A stretch of DNA of 63,998 nt, filler included, from Reclinomonas americana ATCC 50394 (Eukaryota), in NCBI GenBank assembly GCA_048213135.1. It is 9 parts of 4 records of this genome, joined end to end, with 100 filler letters (N's around TTAATTAATTAA, not from the genome) between each part and the next. Parts side by side here need not be neighbours in the genome. Positions count along the whole stretch, not along the records: positions 14,359 to 31,963 come from PS015422.1; positions 32,064 to 35,094 come from PS015424.1; positions 35,195 to 41,938 come from PS015424.1; positions 42,039 to 49,079 come from PS015424.1; 5 more parts are not named here. One strand, 5' to 3'. Position 1 is the stretch's first letter. The number at the start of each line of letters is the position of its first letter. A program made the translations under genes and the position numbers. This document shows, one piece after another, positions 28,576-43,800 of the stretch. The notes beneath the pieces are model-generated. The model made no database searches, had not been told where the DNA came from, and saw only the letters and a list, made by a program, of their open reading frames with translations.

Positions 28576-29864
28576 TTATTTTCCATCTTCTTCCTCCTCC
28601 TCATCCTCATCCTCCTCCTCCTCCGAGCTGTCATCTTCTTCTGATGACGAATCTGAATCTGAATCTGAATCATCATCATCATCGTCGTCGTCGTCGTCGT
28701 CGTCATCATCTTCCGCCGGTTGCGACGCTGGCGCCTGTGTCATTGGGTCCGACATGTGCTGTGGCATCCCCATGGTTATTGTCGTCGTCGTCGTTGTCGT
28801 CGTCGTCGCCGTTTCCCCGTGCTTGGCGGCCATGCGACCGGCTCGCAGCATGGCACCCCGGCTGTCGTCGTCGTCCTCCTCCTCCGACGAATCCTCCACG
28901 TTGATCCGACTGCGGCCGCTCAACGACTTGAGAACCGGCGGCCTCGCGCGCGCCTGCGCCTGCGCCTGAGACTGCACCGGTGCGGCAACTGGCGCCGGTG
29001 GAGGTGGTGGTGGTGGCGGTGGTGGCTGCACAGCAGCGGCCACTGCGGGTTGTCGCGTGGCGGCAGGAGCACGTGCTGCTGGTGGTGGTGGCGGCGGTGC
29101 CGCAGCAGCAGCAGTCGACGCCCGCCTCCTTTTCCTTGGCGGTTCGCCAGCTGCGGCTGCGGCCGCCGCCAGATCCGGGAACTCGTCCATCAGCGGAGGC
29201 GCCTCCTGTGCCACCTCTGCCCCAGCACCAAGTCACGATGACGCCAACAACAACAACAAGAAGGAGAGCCAAACAAACCTGCCAGCGCATCCTCCGAGTA
29301 CTCGGCGGCCTTGAACGAGCTCAACGAGTGGTTCGTGATGCGCTCCTTGGTCACCGACGTCTGCAGTGTGCCTCGCTGTATCGCGACCTTGTGTGTGAGA
29401 CAGACAGCAGTGAAGAGGCAGGAGGCAAGCACACAGACAGACCTCCAGGCGAAAGCACGCTGCCTGCGGATCAAACACGAGAAAGTGCTCCACTCGTTCT
29501 GCAGTGCTCCCATAGAACGTCGATCGTGACTGCACGCACCAAACAGTGTGAGCACAGGCACTCACACACACACACACACAAGAGACAGACCTCTGTCAAA
29601 TGATGACACTCAATGAGCGTGTCCTTCATGTTGAGCTGGTCGCGCCACATCAACGCCGGTCGCTTCCGGTCCAACGACGCAGGCTTGATGTCATCTATAC
29701 ACACAGAGGTTGTAAGAGAGAGAGAGAGGCAAGTGTGTGAGAGTCTCTCTCTCTTTTGTCTCACATGTGACACTCTGATAGAGTGGAGCATTGTCGGGAG
29801 GTGCTGTTATGGAGGCGCCTAGTACAATAGGATAGGAGACGCCTGCACTAAAGGGGCGATCCAT
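28576..29864 (-). CDS. EAF: ELL-associated factor (EAF) family transcription elongation factor
   Basis: MDRPFSAGVSYPIVLGAS...SVT|YDIKPASLD...STFYGS...HFLVFDPQAACFRLE (EAF domain), followed by a Pro/Ala-rich region and an acidic Ser/Asp/Glu tail. Confidence 0.8.
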
Positions 29865-29947
29865 GTTGTCAAGTGCGTGTGTGTGTGTGAGAGAGAGAAT
29901 CGCGCGTCCTGCGTGTCTCTGTCTCTCTCTTATCTCTCCTCACAGTA

Positions 29948-30392
29948 ATGGCCTCGCGCAACATTCGTCACGTGTACTATGCCTCACTGGGCTTCAAGGG
30001 CATTGAGTGGGGCGCACTGGAGGCGCTGCTGGAGGAGCCTGTGATTGGTCTCTTTCTCTCACTCTCTCACACACTCTCTCACTCTCACGCAGTGTGAGCT
30101 CACCACACTCTCGCCCTCACACACAGACTTGGATAAGCTGCGACGATTGGTGTTCCAAGGCGGTCTCTCGTTCAAACTGCGTCAGCGATGTTGGCCTTTC
30201 TTGCTCGGTGTGCATTCACTCTTCAATCACTCTCTCTCTCTCTCTCTCTCTCCTACTCTCTCTCTTCTCTCCTGTCTTCTCGTCTCTCTCTCTCTCTCTC
30301 TACTCTCTCTCTCTCTACNNNNNNNNNNNNNNNNNNNNCTTCTTCTCCTCCTCTCCTCCTCTCCTCCCTCCCTCCCTCCTCCCTCCTCCTCC

Positions 30393-30426
<34 letters not shown>

Positions 30427-30860
30427 TTTGTGCAGGTGGTTCGAGACCATGTTTGCCGGCATGTTTGAGCCGCGCGATGTGCAGAGGTGAGTCCATTTCT
30501 CGTGTGTGTGTGTGCGCGCACAGTCTGTTTGTTTGCTGATACTGTCGTGCGCAGCATCTGGGATGCCACGATTGTGGCCGGGCACGAGTACCTGCACTGC
30601 CTGGCCGCCGCCATTCTCGGCGTTGTCTTCCGGCCGTGGTCGGCTGAACGACACGGCCCAGCAGTCTCGTTCCTCGTACGCAAGGTGCGGCACACTCGCT
30701 TGCCAGCCCATGCGTGTCCGTACTCTCCAACCCTCACGTTCCTTCTTCCACAAAGGTCTCGGACATTTCCGTCGACGAGTGCATGCGCCGCGCACACGAG
30801 CTGTTTCGCCTGAAATTCACCCTGGCGACGGCGCCGCCGCACATTCTGCCGCTGCTGTGA
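29948..30860 (+). CDS. TBC1D7: TBC1 domain family member 7 (TSC complex subunit) homolog; middle lost in a gap; possible upstream micro-exon starting at 29863
   Basis: MASRNIRHVYYASLGFKGIE...LEALLEEPVIDLDKL...RQRCWPFLLG and WFETMFAG...VQSIWD resemble the recalled TBC1D7 motifs RNFRSVYYEKVGFRGVE and WFKRCFAG...LQRVWD. Confidence 0.85.
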
Positions 30861-30891
30861 GGCGACGCCTATGTTTTTCGTTTCTATTTTA

Positions 30892-35397
<4,506 letters not shown>

Positions 35398-35517
35398 TGT
35401 CCCAACCGTGACATAATAACGGTGAGATTGCGGCAAAAGTCGAGAAAAGACAAGTCGCTCACAGAGAGAGAAGAGAGAGAGAGTCTCTGTGTGTGTGCGA
35501 GTGTGTGATTGGAAGGA

Positions 35518-35592
35518 ATGGATCTTCCACTGACGACTCCACGCACTGCGCGAGGGGGACGCTCATTGCGACCTGCGCAAGTTGATAGTTGC

Positions 35593-35629
<37 letters not shown>

Positions 35630-38600
35630 GGCGCAGAGTGAGTGAGTGAGTGAGTGAGTGTGAGTGTGAGAGAGTGTTTGTGTGTGNNNNNNNNNNNNNN
35701 NNNNNNCTCTCACACACACACACACTCTCACTCCCCTCATTCTCTCTCTCTCTCTCCCCCAGTACGCCGACTCCTTCAGCCCTGTGGACACTGCCTCCAC
35801 TGGAGCAACCCCGCCTCCTCCTGTGGTTCCTCCGCTGTTGCTCTCCTCCTCGCAGCCACCCTCGTCCTCTCTTGCTGCTGGTGCGGCGGCGCCTGCAGCG
35901 GTGGGAGCGGCAGTGGCGGCGGGTGTGGCGGTGCAGCCACGACGGTCGCCGCGTGGGGTGCCGTATGGTGAGTCAGGGAGGGAGAGGGGAGGGAGGGAGG
36001 GAGGGGGAGGGAGGAGGGGGGGAGAGGGAGGGAGAGATATTGTTGCTGTGTACTGTGAGATGAAGACTTGAGGGAGCCTCAGAAGGATCACTGCCTTGTT
36101 CGCGTGGTGGGCAGAGAGGTGCATGTTGCGACTGTTGCTGTGCACTGTGAGATAGCTGTTGTCAAGGACTTGAGGGAGCCTCAGAAGGATCACTGCCTCG
36201 TTCGGCAGAGAGACGCAGATTGCGATTGTTGCTGCTGAGAGATACCTGTTGCCACGGACGTGAGGGAGGCTCCAGAGAAACACCGAGTGCAGGGTGAATG
36301 AGCTGCCTCGTTCGCGTGGTGAGCAGAGAGGTGCCTGTTGCGACGGTTGCTGTTCACTGTGAGATAGCTGTTGTCAAGGACTTGAGGGAGCCTCAGAAGG
36401 ATCGCTGCCTCGTTTGCGTGGTGGGCAGAGAGGCGCAGATTGCGCCTGTAGCTGTGCACTGTGGGTTAAGAGGCTCCAGAGAAACGCCGTGTGCATGGTG
36501 AATGAGCTGCATCGTTTGCGAAGTGGGCAAAGAGCTGCATGTTGCGATTGTTGCTGTACACTGTGGGTTAGCTGTTGTCAAGGACTTGAGAGAGAGCCTC
36601 AGAAGGATCACTGCCTTGTTTGCGTGGTGCGCAGCGAGGCGCTGATTGCGATTGTTTCTGTACACTGTGGGTTAGCTGTTGTCACAGACGTGAGAGAGGC
36701 ACAAGAGGAACACCTTGGGCAAAGTGAGGTAGCTGCCTGAGACTGCTGCTGTGCATAGTGAAATAGCTGTTGTCGAGGACTTGAGAGAGAGCCTCAGTAG
36801 AATTGCCGTGCGCAGTTTTCAAGTTTTTCCTCTTGTGGACACTTTCAACGAGTCAGCAAGTGGGGATATTGCCTGTTGCTACTCTGTATTCGTAATCAAG
36901 CCCACTGTGACATGAATGCACCTATCGAGAGTGAGGCAGTGACAGAAGCTGCTGCCACTTTGCATGCGTGGGCGGTACCCGCTCTCTCCCCTGATGTGTT
37001 ATTGTTGCTCTGTCTCTCTATTTCTCTGAGTCCATTGTTTTCCGAGCTTGTCCTTATTTTTTCCTCTCCCTCTTACCTTCGCCTTTTCTCTCTCTCTCCT
37101 TCCCTCCTCGCCCTCCCTCCCCTTCCCCCTCTCACAGCCAGCCGCACCCTGGTCAACCGCGTCCCCGCCCCTCCCGTCATTTACCAAAACTCAGCCACGC
37201 AAGCCATCGTCTCGCCACGCATCGCCGCCTCGGGCATTCTCGAGGCGAGCGCCGACGAGATGTCGTCGTCCGCCTCGTCGTCACTGGACCGGCGGCAGAG
37301 CTCCATGTCGTCCATGTCGAGCAGCATGACGGACTTTGACAAGTCGTTTTCGCAGTTGACTGGTGGTGCTGGTGGCAGTGCTGGTGAGTAGAAAATCTCA
37401 AGAAAGAGAGCGAGAGGGGGAAAAGGGAGAGAGAGAGAGAATCGACGGGAACGCACTTCTCTGTTGCAACTTCTCGAAGCGTGCGTGTAAAGCGTGCACG
37501 TTCCTCTTATTCATCTCTTCCCTTCCCTCATAATCTCTCACTCTCTCGCTCTCTTCTCCTTTTCTTCTCCCTTTCCCCTTTCCCCCTTCCTCACCAACTC
37601 ACCTCTTCTTCTTGGCCTTCGCTTGCTGCCCCAGGTGGTACGCTGGAGGAGCGACGGCGCAAGGTGGCCCTCACCGTGGAGAGCCTCAAATCGCAAACCC
37701 ATACTGCGCTCCACGCGGCATCGACCCGCTCACTCTCCACCGTCACCGAGGGCTCGGCCGGCATTCAGCGCATTCTCGACGGCTTGCGTGCACTGCGCAT
37801 GTCCTCGCCTCGTTGCGTTTCGCTTACCTACTTGGCAGTATCCTGCCTCTCTTCTCAACCATGTGCACTCCAGCTGTCGACACGACGGTGGAGGAGTGGC
37901 ACGCCACGTTCGACGATGTGTTCCGAACATCGGAGGGCGTCAAAATTCTCGTGCACTTTTTCAGCATCCGTTCGTCCTCCTCGCTGCGGCAAGCCATTCT
38001 TGAGTTTCTCGAGATTCTCGGTGCGAGGGCTGTTGGCTTCACAGACAGAGATACATTTCAATGAGTGACTTCTATTTTCCTTGCAGCGCACAGTGACGCC
38101 CTGCAACCCAAGGACATTCGTGCTCTGGTGCCGCTGCTGATTGCAGACGAAGAGGTTCTTGAGTTGATTTATGGGGTTTGGATGAGAGACGTGCACGCCA
38201 TGCTCACTGTTCCTGCTCAACTGCAGATTAGCAAACCGGCTGCTGCACTGATTGGATGCGCCGGTGTGTTCTTTATTTCTGCAGCAAGGCATCCACACGT
38301 TTACCGGAAATGACATTGATGTGTTTGCAGCCCACAACAGGAAGCCGGTGCAAGATGCCGTGCGCAGTGAGAACGGCATTGCAGCGCTGTTGATGATATT
38401 GAAGGATCACGACAAGGATGTGCTACATCGGCAGGCGGCGGCCGGTGCGCTTGCCAACTTGAGTTGCGCCACAACTCCCTCTCTCCCTTCCCCTTCGTAT
38501 TCGATATGCTGCTGACCAACCTTGCAATATATAGTCTACGAGAACTACAAGAACGCTCGTCTGGTCCTGCACTGGCTTCCGGTGGTGGTGCGCTCACTGC

Positions 38601-38656
38601 TGCCGATGCCGGGTCGAGATATTGCGCCGCTGCTCTTCCGTATGATTGGCAACATT

Positions 38657-38689
<33 letters not shown>

Positions 38690-39381
38690 ACGGGTTGGAT
38701 TCTCTTGAATGCGAGCTCGGCTAACCACGATACAGCCGCGGATGCACGTCTTATCAGCAAGCTGTTGAAGGAGACCGAGTTGATGATTGCTCTGTGCACG
38801 GCGTATGACGGCTCCGATGCCCCCGATGTTGCGTCGCGTGTCTGTTTTTTGTCAAGGGAGTGCATCGTGCATGACTCATCGCTGTGCTGTAGACGGCTGT
38901 GTCGGATCCGCTGTTTGTCAAGCGGCGCGCCGAGGCTGCGTGGGCGCTCTCCAACATTGGTTTGTCTGCATGCCTCCACTTTGGTGAATGTAGTTGAAGC
39001 GAACTTACGCACTGTCACGTGCAGTGTCCTCTAGTTGGATGAGCAAGTCGGCCGGCAAGCAGCGTGTGCGAGATGGACGTATGAACATTCGCGCACGTCT
39101 CACCAGCGAGTCGGCGAGTCGCCACGTGGTGCTGTTTGATCAGTTGAATCTGAGTGAGCGACCACAAATCACCGAGGTTGATTTGTGTGCGGCATCTGCG
39201 GCTCTGTTTGCATCGCTCGGTGCGTGGAAGAACATGCAGCTTGGTCTGCAAATGCTCATCACAATTCTCCTCCCCGGCAGCCTACGGCAACGACGATGAT
39301 CGTGCACACATGGCGCACGATTTGCCCAAGACCGTCGAGCATCTCTGCCACGCGCTCGAAGTGCAGGCATCGGAGGGTTAG
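35518..39381 (+). CDS. Armadillo/HEAT-like repeat protein with a disordered N-terminus
   Basis: Multi-exon; AVRSENGIAALLMILKDHDKDVLHRQAAAGALANL|IYEN is ARM-like; stop TAG at 39381. Confidence 0.6.
36040..36800. repeat. Intronic degenerate tandem repeat (~100-120 bp composite units)
   Basis: Repeated tagctgttgtcaaggacttgagggagcctcagaaggatcactgcc and gttcgcgtggtgggcagagagg. Confidence 0.85.
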
Positions 39382-39896
39382 TGGCCGTGGGTTTGGGCGA
39401 GATGCCAGAGCAAGGTGATCTGACTCGCGATTCTGCAGTTCTCTCACGAAGCGCCGCGCGTGCTCTTCTCAACCTGTGTTGCGTCATTGTTTCGAGTCTG
39501 TTCATGTTTCTCACGAGATGTTCTCATTCGTTGCGGTGATGCAGTCACGTTTGTGCCGTTTGGACAGGTGCGGCAGAGGGGTTTGAAAGGGTTTCTGCGA
39601 TTCTTTTTGTTTCTCATCCACAGGTATGCAGCCGCTGCCCGCCGAGCAACTCGGCCGAGCACGAGCGGCACTGGAAACAGCCTCAAAGAGCGAGGGCGTG
39701 TCACCCGACACACAAGAATACGCAAGGCTGGCGTTGCAGGTGCCAGCATTCGCCGACGTGCAGGCAGTGTGATAGGGAGGGCTGCGAATGGCTGCAAAGT
39801 AAATGCGAAGCGATCCATCAATACAGGAGTGGGAGGCATGGCCGTGATTAGGCGGAGAGAAACGTCGCATGTCCTTCCCATCTGTCCCAAACAAAC

Positions 39897-40594
39897 ATGC
39901 TTGCAAGCGGAGAGAAGAAGCGCATCGGGCACGCCAAGTGCGAGGTCTGCACGGAGAACCTCTCCAAGTACAAGTGCCCACACTGCACACTGGTATAGTT
40001 GCGTGACATTAAAACACAATGCATGCACGATGAATGCTGCATGCTGACTGCAAATCAATGCATGCATTCAGCTGTTCTCTGGTGTGCTTCAAGCAGCACA
40101 AAGGTAAGAGAAAGAGCTATACCCTCTCTACCTCTCCCTCTTCTCCCTTCTCATGTCCTTGCTCAGCGGTCGACGAAGGCTCGTCAGCTCCCTGTCGCGG
40201 ACTCTCATCCTCAGCAGATCAACAGTCGGCGATGGATGCTCGAGGCACAGACAAGGCCGAGAAGGAGGAGACAGATGAGGATCGCCTCGTGTTGAGCGAT
40301 GCACAGCTGGCTTGCTTGAGTGAGTGTGTCAAGGCTTCCTTCGTGTTGTCGCACACTGACTCTCGTTGTGACCAAGGCAACCCGTCTCTCATTCGCCGCC
40401 TGGCCGATCCGGAACTGCAACGCGTGTTGCATCTCATTGACAGCGCCGTGGAGGAGCTTCCCAACGGACGACGTGTGGATCAGCGAGAGCACGTGCTGCG
40501 CGAGTGGTTGGCGGTGCCTGAATTCCGCGAGGTGGCCGACGAGATGCTGGAGGCTGTTGGAGTGCGGCCGATCGACAAGCAGGAGATTGAGTGA
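39897..40594 (+). CDS. ZNHIT3: HIT-type zinc finger protein (ZNHIT3/Hit1-like, box C/D snoRNP assembly)
   Basis: CEVCTENLSKYKCPHCTLVY|CSLVCFKQHK zf-HIT and C-terminal LIRRLADPELQRVLHLID...PEFREVADEML. Confidence 0.85.
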
Positions 40595-40819
40595 GCCCTT
40601 GGTACTCGGCAGCATGCAAGTGACATCACCAGCAAGACGCTCGAGACGGTCGAGCACGCCTGGTCACGGTTGTGGATGAGCAACAGCTTGTGTTACATAC
40701 ACATGCGTGCGCAATGTCGTACGCGCGAGAGAGAGGTAGACGAGTGTAATCCCGCCACAGCAAGTCTATGACTAACGGCAGGTTTAATTCCACTTCTGTC
40801 ACCATCGGCACGGCCCACC

Positions 40820-43800
40820 TCATGAGAGTGGGTGCCTCAATTCAAATGCCCCTGTGCCACTCTTGATCGGAATGCCCATGACCAAGTTGGCAGCCGGCGT
40901 GCGCAACGTATCCACGTCTCCGCAACTGCACGTGGAAGGAGATTGTTTCAGCAACCTTTGTTCTCACTCGCGCACTCGCTCTCTCTCTCTCACTCTCTCT
41001 CTCTCACACATTCACACTGACACACACACTCTCTCTCTCTAACTCACTCACACGTACTCACTCGCTCTCTCACTCATTCACTCCCTTACGCACTCTCTCT
41101 CTCTCTCTTGCCCTCTCTCTCTCACACTTCTCACATACACTCCGTAATTCAATCCCTCACGCACTCACTCTTATCTCCATTCTCGTTCTGCCCCTCTCCT
41201 CCATTCTCTTTCTACTCCACTCTCCTCCATTCCCCCCCTTTTTCCTACATTCCCTTTCTCCCCCCTCGCCACCACGCAACAGTGCTGCATCCGTGAGGAA
41301 CTTGACGGTGGTTTCGTACGACATTTTCAGGAACGGCGACACGTGCGCCGTCATGCCAATGCGGTTGAAGCCCTTCCAGCCACCCTCGAATGTCTGCGTT
41401 CACCTCACGTGAGCAAAGAGACGAAATCAAGTCTCTGTGCCATCATGCATCGCAAACGCACCGCATAATCGGCAATGAGCTGCAAGTGCCTCCAGTCGAC
41501 AGTGATGCCGTAGGCGTCGAACACACCCTTCAGCTCACGCGTGATCAGAGTTCTGCATTACACGGACAGTGAGCACAATCAGTCATCGATGCGAGAGGTA
41601 GTGACTGCGTGAAAGAGTACACACCTGGCCGCCTCCACGCCATACGTGTTGAGGATGGCGCGCACATCATTGCAGTACAGCGAGTTCACGTCGAGAATGT
41701 CGGAGCGCTGCCAGATGGCCGGGAAATTGGCGCCGGTCACGTTGAGCACAAACTGTGAAGACCGGATCAGTGAGAAAGCGCATTCCAGGATCCCGCATTA
41801 ACAATACACTCCCGATCTTTTCCCAATGCAGAGTGAACTTGCTTTCCCTCGTGTCGCTCGTCTCCATCTTCGATTGTTTTCTCTCTCCCTCTCTTTCTCT
41901 CCTCTCTTCTTCTTCTCTCTCTCTCTCTCTCTCTCTCTNNNNNNNNNNNNNNNNNNNNNNNNNNNNNNNNNNNNNNNNNNNNTTAATTAATTAANNNNNN
42001 NNNNNNNNNNNNNNNNNNNNNNNNNNNNNNNNNNNNNNAGGAGGAGGAGGAGGAGGAGGAGGAGGGCAGTCAGAGGCAACGAATCGATGACACTCGATTC
42101 CCCCCATCACCTCCTCACCGTGTTGGGCGTCCATCGCAGACGACTGGAGTACACCACCGGGTCCACCAGCGACAACCGCAGCTTCGTTCTGCACATGCGA
42201 ACGCCATTGTCGGTCACATACCGCTCAGAGGTCTCCATCTGCGCCACGCAATGCATGTAAGTCTTAAGCGCGCAATCAAGTCAGCAACGATGGGACGCAA
42301 CATGCTCGACAATGTCAGACAACGGGAGCGGAGTCAGTTGCGTGGCAGCGAGGCGCAGCTTGGGCTTGTTGATGTGCGGCAGTCCCTTGACGCTCATAAT
42401 CGGCTGCTTCACACTTGCCGACATCAGAAGCTCACGCAAACGCGGGATACCGACAGTGACGTGAGCCATATCGACACCTGCACACGTCCGAGCATGGATT
42501 GTGAGCAGGGATTGGAAAAAGATGCAGTGACTCGAGATAACAAACGAACCGGCAAAGTGGAACGTGTTGAGCGTCATTTGCGTCGACGGTTCACCAATGG
42601 ACTGACCGGCGAGCACACCCACGGCATCGCCCGGCTGCACAATGCTGTGCATGTACTTCAGGTTCACCAGTGCACGCAGTCCGTTCGGAGGCAACGTGAG
42701 CTGCGGAAAGCGTGTCAGCCTAAAAGACACAACCTCTCGCGGTACTCTAGAAAACAAAGGAAACGCAACAGCGTGCTCCATAAAGTCGGGCGTGTCGGCG
42801 GTGCCGACGAGCTTGTCGGGATTCTTCGTGATGTAGTCCTCCACAGACTTGGCCACCTTCTCCGAGATGCAACCGAGATTGTTGGTGGGGTTGAACTTGG
42901 AGATGGCAGGCATCACTGGATTCTCGCGATTCAGCAGACCGCCGCCACGCTCCACTGCCGCCGCGTACTTGCGCATCGTCTTGCTGGCGTAGCTGCGTTG
43001 CTCCAGCACCTGCAATCCAGCCGTCAGTGACCCACGAAAAATAAATGTGCAAAGGGAAGCTCCTCATACCTGCAGCACTTGCGGCGCAGCGTACTTTTCG
43101 CTCAACGCCTTGGAGTTCATGGCCAGGAACGACATGTTGTGCAGGTAGCGATTCTTCATCACGTCGATCGAGTCCTCGCCGTAGTTGAACTGCAAGCAGA
43201 TCGACATGAGATCCAGCGCACTGTGGTAAGTCAGTTGCTCACAAACCTGCACCACACTGCCGTCGGCATCGCGCACGGTATTGTCGTACGCCACCGTCAG
43301 GCCCTCCATGTGCTTGATGAGACAGCGCTGCAGGTAGCCTGAACGCGACGTCTTGACAGCCGTGTCGATGAGACCCTCGCGACCGGCCATGCAGTGGAAG
43401 AAGTATTCCTGCGAGAGGGAAGGAGGTAAGAGGGAGAAGGGTGGAAGAGAGAGAAGGGTGGAAGAGAGAGAAGGGTGGGGAGAGAGAGAGAGAAGAGAGA
43501 GAGAGAAGGCACGAAGATGCACAGAACAAGAAAGGAGACAGCATTTGACAGCAGGAGATGCAGCAAGAGAGTGGAGACTCGACAGCAGTACGGGAGAAAT
43601 ACCTCACAACAAGAGAGCACAGACAAAGCAGGTGGAGAGACAAGACAACAGACGAGAAGAGTCTCAGCGTCAGGAGAGTAGATACACGACATCAAGGGAG
43701 ACAACAAGAGATAGAAGACTCTACTGCAGCAGGAGTAAAAAACTCGACAACCAGAAGACGACAACAGAAATGCGAAGAGACTTGACAACAAGACAACAGC

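Noticed and set aside
36040..36800. CRISPR-like array
   Set aside because: The 'spacers' are themselves similar to one another, units are irregular, the context is an intron of a eukaryotic gene and no cas genes are present.
39990..40075. Stop-codon reassignment (TAG inside the zf-HIT motif)
   Set aside because: It is explained by an intron starting at 39998. TAA, TAG and TGA all terminate well-identified genes in this window.
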